A stretch of 64,000 nucleotides of DNA from Tubulanus polymorphus (GCF_964204645.1 NC_134034.1:62001-126000), one strand, 5' to 3'. Shown: positions 1 to 12,582, counted from the first letter of the stretch. Notes: generated by a model from the sequence alone, not told the origin. Numbers and translations: made by a program.

Positions 1-445
1 CTCTCTCCTCTCTCTCCGCCCCTCCCCCTCTCACTCACTCTCTCCTCTCTCCTTCTCTCCTTCTCTCCCTCTCCTCTCTCCTTTCCTCTCTCCTCTCTCT
101 CCTCTCTCCTCTCTCCTCTCTCATCTCTCTCCTCCCCTCCCCCTCTCACTCGCTCTCTCCTCTCTCCTTCTCTCCTTCTCTCCCTCTCCTCTCTCCTTTC
201 CTCTCTCCTCTCTCTCCTCTCTCCTCTCTCCTCTCTCATCTCTCTCCTCCCCTCCCCCTCTCACTCACTCTCTCCTCTCTCCTTCTCTCCTTCTCTCCCT
301 CTCCTCTCTCCTTTCCTCTCTCCTCTCTCTCCTCTCTCCTCTCTCCTCTCTCATCTCTCTCCTCCCCTCCCCCTCTCACTCGCTCTCTCCTCTCTCCTTC
401 TCTCCTTCTCTCCATCTCTCCCTCTCTCTCCTCTCTCCCCTCCTC
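1..445. repeat. CT-rich low-complexity array with ~115-bp higher-order period (intronic)
   Basis: Almost pure C/T; the marker tcatctctctcctcccctccccctctcact recurs at 121, 236 and 351. Confidence 0.9.
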
Positions 446-496
446 TTCTTGACGACTTGTCTCTTGACTGACCTGTTTTGCTATTACAAATTTCAG

Positions 497-1536
497 GTTT
501 TCCAGAACCGGATATCAACTGGTACAAACTGACATCCGGTAATGATCGGGTTCTCATTACAACCGACTCGAAGCATTCAATATCTGAAACATTCCCTAAA
601 GGTTCCTCAGATTTACTGGAAGGAGATAAATGGACATCTTTAGTGATAATGAACGTACAATCTGGTGATTTCGGGATGTATGCGTGTGAGGGTAAATCAC
701 CACTCGGTAGAAATAGCGCCTACATTAAACTATACGGTATGTATTAGTCTAACACAGGGAGATAGCTCCCACCTCCCTGGTCTAACACAGGGAGATAGCT
801 CCCACCTCCCTGATCTAACACAGGGAGATAGCTCCCACCTCCCTGATCTAACACAGGGAGATAGCTCCCACCTCCCTGGTCTAACACAGGGAGATAGCTC
901 CCACCTCCCTGGTCTAACACAGGGAGATAGCTCCCACCTCCCTGGTCTAACACAGGGAGATAGCTCCCACCTCCCTGGTCTAACACAGGGAGATAGCTCC
1001 CACCTCCCTGGTCTAACACAGGGAGATAGCTCCCACCTCCCTGGTCTAACACAGGGAGATAGCTCCCACCTCCCTGGTCTAACACAGGGAGATAGCTCCC
1101 ACCTCCCTGATCTAACACAGGGAGATAGCTCCCACCTCCCTGGTCTAACACAGGGAGATAGCTCCCACCTCCCTGGTCTAACACAGGGAGATAGCTCCCA
1201 CCTCCCTGATCTAACACAGGGAGATAGCTCCCACCTCCCTGGTCTAACACAGGGAGATAGCTCCCATCTCCCTGTCTCAATTAGTGTGACAATGTCTCAA
1301 TACGTTACACTCAGTCCAGGTTCCAACCCACGAACCCTTCATTCATTTACAACGTGTCATAACAGAATGGAAATCAATGCCTGTTATACATTTTTTCAGG
1401 TACGACCACTTGCCAGGGACCACTTTGTCAAGCGTTCGGTAGAGAGAAACAAGCAGGGGGCGCTGTAGTATTAACCGCTAATTTACTCGTGATCTGTAGC
1501 AGTACCCTGCTGCTCCTGAGTCGTATGTTTCCATAG
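497..1536 (+). CDS. 3' end of an immunoglobulin (I-set) domain cell-surface protein, lachesin/IgLON/DIP-like, probably GPI-anchored; exons 497-736 and 1400-1536
   Basis: Exon 497-736 (tttcag|...G|gtatgt) encodes GFPEPDINWYK...LVIMNVQSGDFGMYACEGKSPLG, with the Ig core W and DxGxYxC motif. A phase-1 splice to ttttttcag|1400 gives GTTTCQGPLCQAFGREKQAGGAVVLTANLLVICSSTLLLLSRMFP*, whose hydrophobic tail is typical of a GPI signal. Upstream exons lie outside the window. Confidence 0.85.
748..1275. repeat. 33-bp minisatellite (~16 copies), intronic
   Basis: Unit tctaacacagggagatagctcccacctccctg(g/a); starts ~11 nt after the splice donor and explains ORFs 665..1468 and 744..1280. Confidence 0.95.
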
Positions 1537-2192
1537 AAACTCGCGGTATTTAGAAACGACTCATGGACAAATCCATCCATATTCATTGAGTACAGACTGT
1601 ATAGAACTGCATCCAGAACTTTGGGTCTAGGTGGAACTGAGTCCCGAATGTGTAACTGAGTCTAGAGTAAAACTGGGTCCTTAACTGTGGAACTGGATCC
1701 AGAACTGTGGAACTGGATCTAAAAGTGTGGAACTAGATCTAAAACTGTGGAACTGGATCCAGAATGTTTACAATTGATGAAGCTAAAAATTAGTGCCAAA
1801 TCCATCCGTTAAAATCTGAACCGTCCAGATCAAAAATATTCTAAAAAAAAGTTGATAAAATCCTAGTCAGAATCTGATAAACCAGAAATGGATTAAATTG
1901 TGGCGGAATCTCCAATATTTATGTACAACGCGCTGAGATGTAAAACATTTCATTAATTAAACTTCTAAAGTCTATTGCATAAATATTTGTATAAAATCAG
2001 TCCAATCTAAACCGTTTATTATTCAATATATATTTAATTTATATTTATTGCAACATCCGGATTTTGTATCGTATAGAAAACTATTATTCAAAATAAATAA
2101 ATTATTTACACTCGTAATAAATAAATTAATCTTCTTTTCCTATGAATTTCAGCTGCTGTTTCTTGTTTCTCGTCGTTTCCTGTTCAATGTTT

Positions 2193-3815
2193 TCAACTCT
2201 TCATAACACGAGCAAATTCTGAAAAAAATACAAAATCTAAACAATTTATCTTTATTCGTCGTTCCGTTTTCTATTGACTGTTCTATCCGTATCTAGGTAA
2301 TTCGATGATGTCATAGGGGGATTATGTAGAGGCAGACATATTTTGTGGAAGTATCTAAGAACTATGTCGACTGGTATCATCTAACCTTCAAGATCAATCA
2401 ATCCATCTCCATTAGTATCAACCTCTTGAATCATAGCTTCTATTTCATCTTCACTCAGTTTAACGCCAGTGTTCTGTAGAACTAACCCTAACTCGTACGG
2501 GCTGATGAATCCGTCATTGTTCTTATCGAAAATAGAAAACGTCTCTTTCAAAAAGTTACACTTCTGCATTTCCTGATGCCCCATCATCTTCAGAAACTCC
2601 GGGAAATCGATCGTACCGTTACCTAGCAACCGATTAGAAATTTAAATATCATATGCAAATTAGGATAGGATAGCTAGAAGGTTGTTAGAGCTAGCGGTCT
2701 AACAGTGAGGTCCCACTAACTGTGAGGTCTCGCTAACAGTGAGGTCTCACTAACAGTGAGGTCTCACTAACAGTGAGGTCCCACTAACTGTGAGGTCTCG
2801 CTAACAGTGAGGTCTCATTAACTGTGAGGTCTCACTAACAGTGAGGTCCCACTAACTGTGAGGTCTCGCTAACAGTGAGGTCTCACTAACAGTGAGGTCT
2901 CACTAACAGTGAGGTCTCACTAACAGTGAGGTCTCACTAACTGTGAGGTCTCACTAACAGTGAGGTCTCATTAACTGTGAGGTCTCACTAACAGTGAGGT
3001 CTCATTAACAGTGAGGTCTCACTAACAGTGAGGTCTCATTAACTGTGAGGTCTCACTAACAATGAGGTCTCACTAACAGTGAGGTCTCACTAACAGTGAG
3101 GTCTCACTAACAGTGAGGTCTCACTAACAGTGAGGTCTCACTAACTGTGAGGTCTCACTAACTGTGAGGTCTCACTTACTGTGCTGTATATGTCTTACCG
3201 TCATCATCTCCTATAGCGATCATCTCTTGTAGTTCAGCCTCTGAGGGCTGCTGTCCCAGTGAACGCAGAACTGTACCCAGCTCAGTGACCGTTATATAAC
3301 CACTTCTATCGCGGTCAAACAACGAAAATACATCCTTAAATTCTACAACATTCCAGAGAATATTCGAATTACATGAAAACTGAAGAAGCATCAATTACAT
3401 CTATATCAGTGTTGATAATTAATTATAACTTACGGGAAATACTTTCTTCAGTGAGAACATCAACCTTAAATAACACAACCACACGCACAACATCAGTGTT
3501 AACACACAGTACCGGGAGGGGTAGGGGGAGGGGGAGGGGAGGGGGAGGGGAGTGGGAGGGGAGGGGGAGGGTGAGGGCCACACTAACCCCGTATTGAAAA
3601 CAATGCCCGATAAAGCATATGGACAGTATACATGTAATAAACTAATTGACGTTTTGTGGCCGCAAGACGATGACATTCTTAAATGAACTGATAACCGACT
3701 AACTATGAAACCTGGCCCTGGTAAGTGAGCTTTCTCGTCTCAATGCAATGTTTGATAGGTTGTTTGAGGGTAAAAGATTCTTACTTACCATTTCTCCTTG
3801 ATCAGTATAAACCAT
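2193..3815 (-). CDS. Calmodulin-like protein with four EF-hands; exons 3815(or 3791)-3789, 3464-3434, 3342-3199, 2622-2386, 2218-2193
   Basis: Spliced translation (MVYTDQGE)[146 protein letters not shown]. All junctions are GT-AG. The ATG|intron, 31-bp exon and 144-bp exon match the classical calmodulin gene structure. Confidence 0.92.
2699..3180. repeat. 17-bp minisatellite (~28 copies) in a calmodulin-like intron
   Basis: Unit actaacagtgaggtctc with variants; ends ~18 nt from the donor at 3198. Confidence 0.95.
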
Positions 3816-4229
3816 TATAATATAATATGAAGTCTTCACGCTTTGTAAACAACAGCTATACCTAATCTATATATATACACTGCAATACTGCGTGTGTGTG
3901 TCAAGTAACGGGCGAAAAGTCGTTAGATTTGATCGCTGAAAATCGCCGCCCAGACCGGTTGTCACTGACCGGTTGTCACTGACCGGTTGTCACTGACCAG
4001 TTGTCACTGCCCGACCTGGTTTAATCCACCGTGGCTAATTATGTTATTGACAAATCATTACAGAACTGTTGAACTCCGAAATGCGCATTCGAGACGTTCT
4101 TACCTACAAATGACCTTAAAACTCGTCGTCCATCGGCTGTGCATATTCTGCTGTTCAAATCAAACTTTTAGAAATTAAAGATCTTAAATTCCTACCTTTT
4201 TTAAGAGAACGTTGATTCTCATTTACCGA

Positions 4230-7200
4230 TCATAAAACCTTTAAAGTTTCTGAGAGAGAAGGTCATAAATTGCTATAATCGACATATGGACAAAAGATGT
4301 TGTTTTTTTTAATATAAAAAATACATTATTTGGCAATGTCGCCAAAACACAAAATCTCCTTTTGGAACTACTAGCGCACCTAGCGGATCCTCCACTGCCA
4401 GAGCCTACTCACCCGCAGTAGCTGAAGTCGCAGTTATAACTGCACCAGTTCCGCTACTCTGTATGACTGGTGCGTTGATCGTTTCTGGAAACAATAACGG
4501 AATAAAACGAATTTGAATTTCAAATATTCAACGGTTAAAACGGTTGAGATTCCTCGATAACATATTTCGGTGATATCAAATTGTATGATTTGATACATAC
4601 GAGTTTGAAAGTCGACTGTTTTCGATGAGGAAGGGTTGATTATCTGATTGGCAGTAAATTGCCACCTCTGACAGGTCGCTCCTAGTTCCAGTGGTTTATT
4701 GTTACCATTGCTTTTTGTGATGACGTAAGGGTTTGTAGAAATGTTATCGTTCAGTTTCCAGCATCCATTGCCATCTTTACTGAATACAGGAGCCGCGTTA
4801 CAGCTGTCCAATACGAGTTTACCGGCGGCAAGGTCAGCGCTGATACACAGACTACCTTCATTACTTACTACCAGCTTCGACGGAACTGTAGAACCAGTAA
4901 AAACATCGAAATGAGTACACAATATCTATCACTTGCGTTGATGATAATGATAATAGTGATAATGATGCTTGTCTTCATGAGTTTGATATATCATGATTTG
5001 TTACCGTCACAAGTGCATTTAATATTTCAAACTATCATCATCAATATATTTCTGAATGCGAGATACATACAGTATAACAGTATAAAATGTGATGTTTTAT
5101 ATGTTCGTCAAGATATCGATAACACGTGACCACAGGTATCCAAACTTTGTAGAAAACTTCACTTTCTAGCAGTTCAACCTACAAACTATTTGTGGCCAGT
5201 GAATAGTTTGAGGGTTTGATTTGACTGTGGATCTAGTTGCATCGTGTTGTACGGGTTTGATTTGACTGTGGATCTAGTTGCACAGTGTTGTACGGGTTTG
5301 ATTTGACTGTAGATCTAGTTGCACAGTGCTGTACGGGTTTGATTTGACTGTGGATCTAGTTGCACAGTGTTGTACGGGTTTGATTTGACTGTAGATCTAG
5401 TTGCACAGTGCTGTACGGGTTTGATTTGACTGTAGATCTAGTTGCACAGTGTTGTACGGGTTTGATTTGACTGTGGATCTAGTTGCACAGTGTTGTACGG
5501 GTTTGATTTGACTGTAGATCTAGTTGTACAGTGTTGTACGGGTTTGATTTGACTGTAGATCTAGTTGTACAGTGTTGTACGGGTTTGATTTGACTGTAGA
5601 TCTAGTTGCACAGTGTTGTACGGGTTTGATTTGACTGTAGATCTAGTTGTACAGTGTTGTACGGGTTTGATTTGCTCAGTATGTCCCAGTCAGTCGTCAG
5701 TGCAGCAAATGAAGAGTATTTTCTGATGTATTTATTTACTGTGACTTCAAGAACTCTTTATTACAGTTTGTTGTCGATATTCATGATATAAATTACACGC
5801 AGTTTCACTCAATGATTTCATCACATCTCCACACAGCTCCACACATCTCCACACAGCTCCTCACAGCCCCTCACAGCCCCTCACAGCCCCCCACTGCTAT
5901 TCCAGGATGACTCTTCATATATACACTGTATTTGCTGCCTTACCTAATATTTCGCGCCGAATGGTTTTGAAGCACATGAATAAGTAACATCATTAATTGA
6001 TGGCTTTAACATTTAGTGTAGGGGAGGAAAGGGAGAGGGGGCGGAGAGAGGGGGAGAGAGGGCGTGGAGAGGGGGAGGGAGGGGGTCCCAGTCTGAACAG
6101 GTATTCTCTAAGTACTGGAAGTGTCTGTATCCACAGTGAGGCTGCTCTACGATCCTGATATACCTCATATGATAAGCTCTCAAGTCAAGAAATTGAAATA
6201 GACATTTGTAGTGTACCCAACCACCCGGACACGTGGTTCTAGGTGAAAGCAGGCAGTGTGGTGACTAGAACAGAATCTATATGGGATTGTAACCTCTCCT
6301 CGCAGCGACGCCTAGCGACTACAGCAGTAATCACCTCGGTGCGATCTATTCAACAATTCATATATACGTGTAGTTGCCAAAGTAGCGAACAACAACAACG
6401 ATAAACGTTTATCTGTTGAAATAGTTCTGCGTGTAATGGAACAATGTATAATTAATGTTTCTGGTAGAGAGTCACTTGTGTGCGGAACAATGATTTTAGA
6501 ACGCACTCTAGGGAAATCAAAACGACGTCAGCAACCACTGGCAGTTTACGCGAACAGTTTTACTGTAAATAGTTTAAAAACCTGTTTAATTTACATAATT
6601 GAATTTTCAAACTGCAATGTAACGGCTTAATGACGGTTGAACGGTTTTTTTGAATCGTGTTAATAGGATATTTGTTAAACCACCGATTAATGCGTTCAAC
6701 GGAAACTAGATTGCGTGCGCAGTCTAATCAAAGGTCAATGTGACAATTGATGTTTCTTATGTCGCCACGATAGAGAGAGAGATGGGGAGGGGAGAGAGGG
6801 GAGGGAGAGGGGGGAGCAAGTGTGATTGATTTTATCGGTATTTTAAAGGTTTAAGATGTAGCCACGATTCCAGTTTCAACGGAACGATTAAAAATCAGTT
6901 CAATAAACATTAACCGAACACCAGGTGCTCGTTAAATACATCAGCAGTGGCTTTAGCTTTTCATCTTTAGATTGTGTGGAGGCTGCAGATTGAGACCTGT
7001 CTCAGATACACAAACCTTGAATGAAACTCATTTCATATTCACAATTCTAGAAAAAACTCAGACGATCATTAATCATCTCTATAAACCACGTGATCGATCA
7101 TCAGTGTGTCTGTAATATTAATATTATTGCGCTGATAATCGGCTTAGTTACAATCAACTGATCAGGCGAGTGGGGCGTGGGGCGAGTGGAGTGTGGGGCG

Positions 7201-7557
7201 AGTTTGAGGAGGGGAGGTTGAGTTTGAGGAGGGGAGGTTGAGTTTGAGGAGGGGAGGGTTAGGGTTATATAATGATATAAGATCCATAGAAGCAAAAACA
7301 ATAAAAATCTCATTTTCGAATGAGTTTAATGAATTTATCATACAAACTAGAAACCGAGATTTGTACTGTTTTTGCTTCTATAGATTTCCAACTATTTGAA
7401 CTCTCTACCAAACATCTAATGATATTAAACATGAAAAAATAGTATAGGGATAAATCTAAATGAATCACTAACCGTCGAGTAGAAGTGCCGCAAATAAATT
7501 ATCCGTTACCAATCCCAATATAACCAGTACAATCAGAAATACTGCTTTATTTAACAT
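4230..7557 (-). CDS. Small secreted protein (~154 aa) with a ricin-B/beta-trefoil lectin-like domain; exons 7557-7473, 4885-4601, 4484-4413, 4249-4230
   Basis: Exon 1 MLNKAVFLIVLVILGLVTDNLFAALLLD|gttagt is signal-peptide-like. Phase-1 joins give VPSKLVVSNEGSLCISADLAAGKLVLDSCNAAPVFSKDGNGCWKL...LELGATCQRWQFTANQIINPSSSKTVDFQT|QTINAPVIQSSGTGAVITATSATA|ETLKVL*. The LC...L..C and QxW motifs resemble R-type lectin subdomains. The family call is by eye. Confidence 0.65.
5212..5674. repeat. 41-bp minisatellite (~11 copies)
   Basis: Unit gggtttgatttgactgt(g/a)gatctagttgcacagtgttgtac. Confidence 0.95.
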
Positions 7558-7759
7558 ATTTTGCTGTTTTTTCCAAACTACCATCAACAGATTCTAGATA
7601 CTGAATCGGTTGTAACGTTACTGGAGCTGATTCTATATTCACTGATTATCTACTATTATATAGTTTATCATACGATGAAAATTATATAACTTTTTATTCG
7701 ATTTAAAGCGAGTCCAACTCTGTAAAGTAAGATCCGAACAGACTGTATAGTGACCCGCG

Positions 7760-8050
7760 ACGCGTCCGACCTATCTCCAGTAGACTGGTGGTGTATGAGG
7801 TGACAAGTCGCGTAGACGCGTCCGATCTACCTCCAGTAGACTGGTGGTGTATGAGGTGACAAGTCGCGTAGACGCGTCCGATCTATCTCCAGTAGACTGG
7901 TGGTGTATGAGGTGACAAGTCGCGTAGACGCGTCCGATCTACCTCCAGTAGACTGGTGGTGTATGAGGTGACAAGTCGCGTAGACGCGTCCGATCTACCT
8001 CCAGTAGACTGGTGGTGTATGAGGTGACAAGTCGCGTAGGTAGACGCGTC
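7760..8050. repeat. 56-bp minisatellite (~5 copies) just upstream of the secreted-protein gene
   Basis: Unit gacgcgtccgatctacctccagtagactggtggtgtatgaggtgacaagtcgcgta. Confidence 0.95.
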
Positions 8051-8404
8051 GATAAACGTCAGTTCGAGAAACTAATTTATAGCAGTAGGAAATAAATGAA
8101 GAGATGATTGTTTGGTCGCAGTTTGAAACTTCAGCAGAGCATTGACCTATACATCAGCCGCGACCTCCAGCCGCGACATCCAGGCAACCTTTATCATCAT
8201 TCAAAGTGACATGTCATAAAACTCATAGTGATTATCATCACAACAGATTTATAGAAGGGAAACTCGGGTTTAGGGTAAGGATATATAGATGGGCAGTTCC
8301 AGGCTTGATTTACACATAATAACTCATAAAAAATGTGAAAATTAGGGCTTAATCATAATCAAAATAGCAGGTGTACCAGACCCCAAAATAGACGCCCAAC
8401 GCAC

Positions 8405-8780
8405 AGCTCGTAACCCTAACCCTAGGTCACCCGTAACCCTAACCCTAGCTGGCCCATAACCCTAACCCTAGCAGGTCTCGAACCCACGACCTCCAACATA
8501 CCAGCCGAGCATGCTAACCACTTAGCCATAGATCGGTAGTGACTGACTGTAATTGTAAGTTTGTCTGGTCAGTGAGGTGACCTGGTGACCAGTCAGGTGT
8601 GGTGTCTGGTGACCAGTCAAGTGTGGTGACTGGTGACCAGTCAAGTGTGGTGACTGGTGACCAGTCAGGTGTGGTTGATACACTCAAAAACCCTTACTTA
8701 AATCTACAGTTTCTAATCAGTTTCTAATAGTCTTGATTCCGAGTCAGGAAGCCATTACTGATACAAAAAAGCCTCTTCTG
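8405..8780 (-). mobile_element. Composite non-autonomous element, copy 1: tRNA-like (SINE-type) head, TTAGGG repeats and palindromic 23/24-bp array
   Basis: Minus strand reads TGGCTAAGTGG (A box)...GGTTCGAGAC (B box), then tagggttagggtt blocks. On its 5' side lie tggtgaccagtca repeats. Homologous to 32535-32880 and 59575-60330. Confidence 0.7.
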
Positions 8781-8901
8781 GTTCAGAATGGAACAGGGAA
8801 AAACATTCGAAATAAAACTCAGACGAATATAACATTCACACAATAGACTGGATGTAATTTACTTTCAAACCAGTAATTTACGGTTCAAATTAATTTATTT
8901 T

Positions 8902-9536
8902 TTACAGTTTAAAGTAAGCGACTGTTCTGCTGGGTAGAAACTGAATTTTCGAGCTCACTGGATTATCAATTAAACAAGCCGTCTCTTCTTCTACGCTTTC
9001 GAAACGATGCTCATTTTTGCAAGCTGAAAATAGATTAGATACACAGTCAGACCTTCGAGGAGGGTCACCGGGGGGAGGGGGGGTTAGGGTTAGGCTGGCA
9101 TCGGTCTCTAATATTGGTCTTACATAAAGGTTTGCTGTAGAACTAATATCAGCTTAGATTGGTGTAAAGATAAGCCTCTTCGGTCTATGTTATTGCGGGT
9201 TCGACATTTTAGCGAAGATGAGTGATAACACTAACCTTCAAGGGTGAAGAAATTTGAGATTTCTTGATCTATCGCGTTATACCGGAAATTCCATTTGAAT
9301 CCGTAAGTTAAACTCGAGTAGAAACTGTTTCTTTCGCAGTGCCACTGAGTGGCATAAAACGGGTACCGTTTAGCTGAAACAGATCAGCAGAAAATAATCA
9401 GTTCATTTAATCACGTTTGAAAATAATGCAATTTCTACATACTCCCTCCCTGTGGGATCTCCCCGAGGATAAAGCCCAATGCTTCACCTTCGATAGTGTT
9501 GATTAGTTTCAGTGGATAGTAATGGTTGTTGCTGCC

Positions 9537-9567
<31 letters not shown>

Positions 9568-11855
9568 CTGCTGCTGCCGCTGCCGCTACTGACGGTAGCT
9601 GTACATGTAGAAACGACGTGAAAGAATTCGCCCAGCTCCGCGTAAGCATCGAAATCCTATAAGAAAAGAATAAAATTAGTCTTAAAATTAGGGATTCGAA
9701 CCGTGATGATGATGGATGTCGATACTGGCGCCACGTGTAAGAGGAGGATGTCACCTTCACAGCTATCCCGTATCTATGGTGATGGAAAAGTGATTCTTCT
9801 TCAAACATCGAATTGATCGTGTTTTCAGAAAGAGCGCTCATCAAACGGCTGTTCGATAAATCTAAAAATAATCAACAATTCTTTTATTCAAGATGGCCGC
9901 CTCTCAAGATGACGTCATCAATTTGCCCACAAGTGATTGGATCTTTTCAGCCATGGTTCTGCGGGCTCTATAGACTAAATTACTTGAAGGTAATCTGATG
10001 ATGTCATAAGTAGATTTATAGCAGCAGACATTATTTATCGGACGGTTACCAGTTTCTAGATGTAGTTTTGTGCGGTATGAAACAGGCTTCACATCGAGTG
10101 CAGTCATTATATTAACACCGACTATGAATGAAACGAAAACTTGAATCCCAGCACAAAATCCGAGAACTGGAAAATATGTCCCACTGTCGTTCAACTGAGC
10201 AAAATAAAAAACGATAGAAAAATATATATTAAACACAGCCGCAAGGCAGCTATAAACGGGGGTTTCATGTATCAAACACAGCCGCAAGGCAGCTATTGCA
10301 GGATTTACCCTTTCGGGATAATTCCTTCTAAAGTGAGAATTAGAAAACAAACAAACCTTGATGACCCGCTGTAGAATCCTGTGAGTGGTTTTCGCGTACA
10401 GAGAATTGAGAGGATCGTTTGAATATGAACCGGGAAAAACAACACTGTAAAAAATATTGGATTTATGTAAAGGTTTAAAGTCTGTCCCCGACCCACCGTG
10501 TGACGTCACTTACCCGACCACCAGGTGTCGTCACTAACCCGACCACCAGGTGTCGTCACTTACCCGACCACCAGGTGTCGTCACTAACCCGACCACCAGG
10601 TGTCGTCACTTACCCGACCACCAGGTGTCGTCACTAACCCGACCACCAGGTGTCGTCACTAACCCGACCACCAGGTGTCGTCACTAACCCGACCACCAGG
10701 TGTCGTCACCTACCCGACCACCAGGTGTCGTCACTTACCCGACCACCAGGTGTCGTCACTAACCCGACCACCAGGTGTCGTCACTTACCCGACCACCAGG
10801 TGTCGTCACTTACCCGTTGATGTTCTGTATGATTTTGTCGTAATATTCATCCGTTTGGTCGGACCTAAAAACAGAACACCACTATAAAAAATAGTACCAC
10901 ATTTCCTACTAGATGGCGACACGCGTAGTCCTTGTTCATTGTAACGAGACCCGCTTTAACAATAACGCGTCAATTTTCTCGGGTCTAAGCTTCATAGTTT
11001 TATATTCCTAATGGAAATATTCATGGAATTTTAAAATCGTAATCGGGGTACACAAGCGACTCGTGTGCCACCTGGTGGATCCTCGATTGCCACAGGTTAC
11101 TTACCATATTGGGCAGACCTGTGAACCGCCCATCTCTATAGATCGCACCATGTGACCGTAAATCACCTGATCGCCAAACATCTGACGATTTTCGGGCGCT
11201 GCTCTTATAGCGACAATACCTGAAACAGTAGAGGACCAATCAGAGCGCTGGGCCTGACCTACAATCCAACCAATCAGAGCGCTGGGCCTGACCTACAATA
11301 CAACCTATCGAATCTCAATTCGTTTTCTTTAACGAAATTGGACCAAATCGCCGCGGCAATATATAACTGATTTATATGATATTGTCGATACGGGTAATTA
11401 ATTAAAGCGCATTTGTCACCGGGTCGCCTAGTCACACTCTCAGTCAAGTGTTCATCTTCATCTCCTGACAGTTTGATAGTCAACGAGCAGTTTAAGTGGC
11501 TATAGAACCAATACGATACAATACATAAAAAACCAGGAGAAAGAGGAGAAAAAAATTGAATTCATTTCGAGAAGATTAACTGATAAAACTTTTAAATACA
11601 TGTAATGATAAAAAGTGAATAATTTTTTTTAAATTATTCGGTCTTTTAATCCGAAAACAGCTTAAATCAACGTAAATTAACGGAAATTCTCCCTAAATTT
11701 TCAAGATTTTCAAGCTTCCTATACGAACACCCCCTCCTCTCAAGAATCTGTCAAAAATCAGCAAATATCCGCGGCAATGATAAAAGGTGCTTACAACACA
11801 CCTGGTTCTTACCGATCATCGGTCTATCCCTGAATCGCGACTCTTGATATTCCAT
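8902..11855 (-). CDS. GGH: Gamma-glutamyl hydrolase-like protein (peptidase C26, class I glutamine amidotransferase fold); exons 11855-11813, 11219-11105, 10864-10814, 10444-10357, 10194-10050, 9861-9755, 9656-9488, 9373-9236, 9023-8902
   Basis: Spliced motifs RPMIGIVA, IEMGGSQVCPI, INGVVFPGS, LNDSGTYFPVLGFCAG (nucleophile Cys), FHHHRYG, TIEAKRYPFYATQWHCE (catalytic His) and ACKNEHRFESVEEE follow the GGH order. All junctions are GT-AG. The start codon is uncertain. Confidence 0.85.
10505..10815. repeat. 25-bp minisatellite (~12.5 copies) containing the exon's own splice donor
   Basis: Unit gtcact(t/a)acccgaccaccaggtgtc; on the gene strand GG|GTAAGT or GG|GTTAGT recurs every 25 nt. Confidence 0.95.
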
Positions 11856-12582
11856 CTTCCCCCGGTACGAGCTTCTGACGCGTTAACTGGACGAGTTTTT
11901 TTTAGAGGCGTCTGTTATACATCATTGTAGCCGAATCATACAGTACATAGACCGTGTGCACACGTGCCCGTTCGAGGCGTTCAGAAAAACAGCCTTTATT
12001 TACTGAATAGTCAATTTAAACGAGTTGGCCTAATTTTTTTTCCTTGCTTAAGAGTTCACTTGAGTTCAGTATTATACAATGCTAACCCTAAACCGGACAG
12101 AACATAGTAAACTATTCTTGGGGAATTGGGATTCGAACCCCCGCTGACTGACGAATGTAAATCCTCCTGTTCACACGAGACCCGTTCCTTGAAATCGTTT
12201 CTGTTTCTACACTTATTCAGAGAATCCCTTAAATTATTCACCAAGTTAAACTGGTTGTCTGTCAATTCCGCGCTACCTGTACTCGCAGGAGTCTCGAGTC
12301 TCGTACCGTCTGTCTGCTAGGTGAGAGATAGCGTGCCGTAAACCGCTGTCAACAGACAGGTTCGAACCCAGTGAAACCCGGTTTAAAGGCTTCTTCAAGA
12401 ATTCGACAACTTGAAGACGTCATTTTTAAAAATAAACTTTCTATTTTATTTCTCATATCACAAATAAACTCTGTGAATTTATTCATTCATTGTTCTTCAA
12501 GCTCAATCTTTAACCCGCAATGAAAATAAGCCGGACTGAGAGCCGTGGTTCAGTGTCAAGGCCACGCTCAGGAAACACGCTT

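Noticed and set aside
665-1468. 267-aa ORF of LTQGDSSHLPG repeats and its antisense ORF
   Set aside because: Reading of an intronic 33-bp minisatellite, out of frame with the flanking Ig exons.
8405-8470. Telomerase RNA template or true chromosome end (ctaaccctaac)
   Set aside because: Short interrupted blocks within a multi-copy interstitial element; no long TTAGGG array or recognisable TR structure.
8465-8545. Possible functional tRNA genes (also ~32620-32695 and ~59640-59710)
   Set aside because: A and B boxes are present, but acceptor and anticodon stems do not pair convincingly and the copies differ; treated as tRNA-derived repeat heads.
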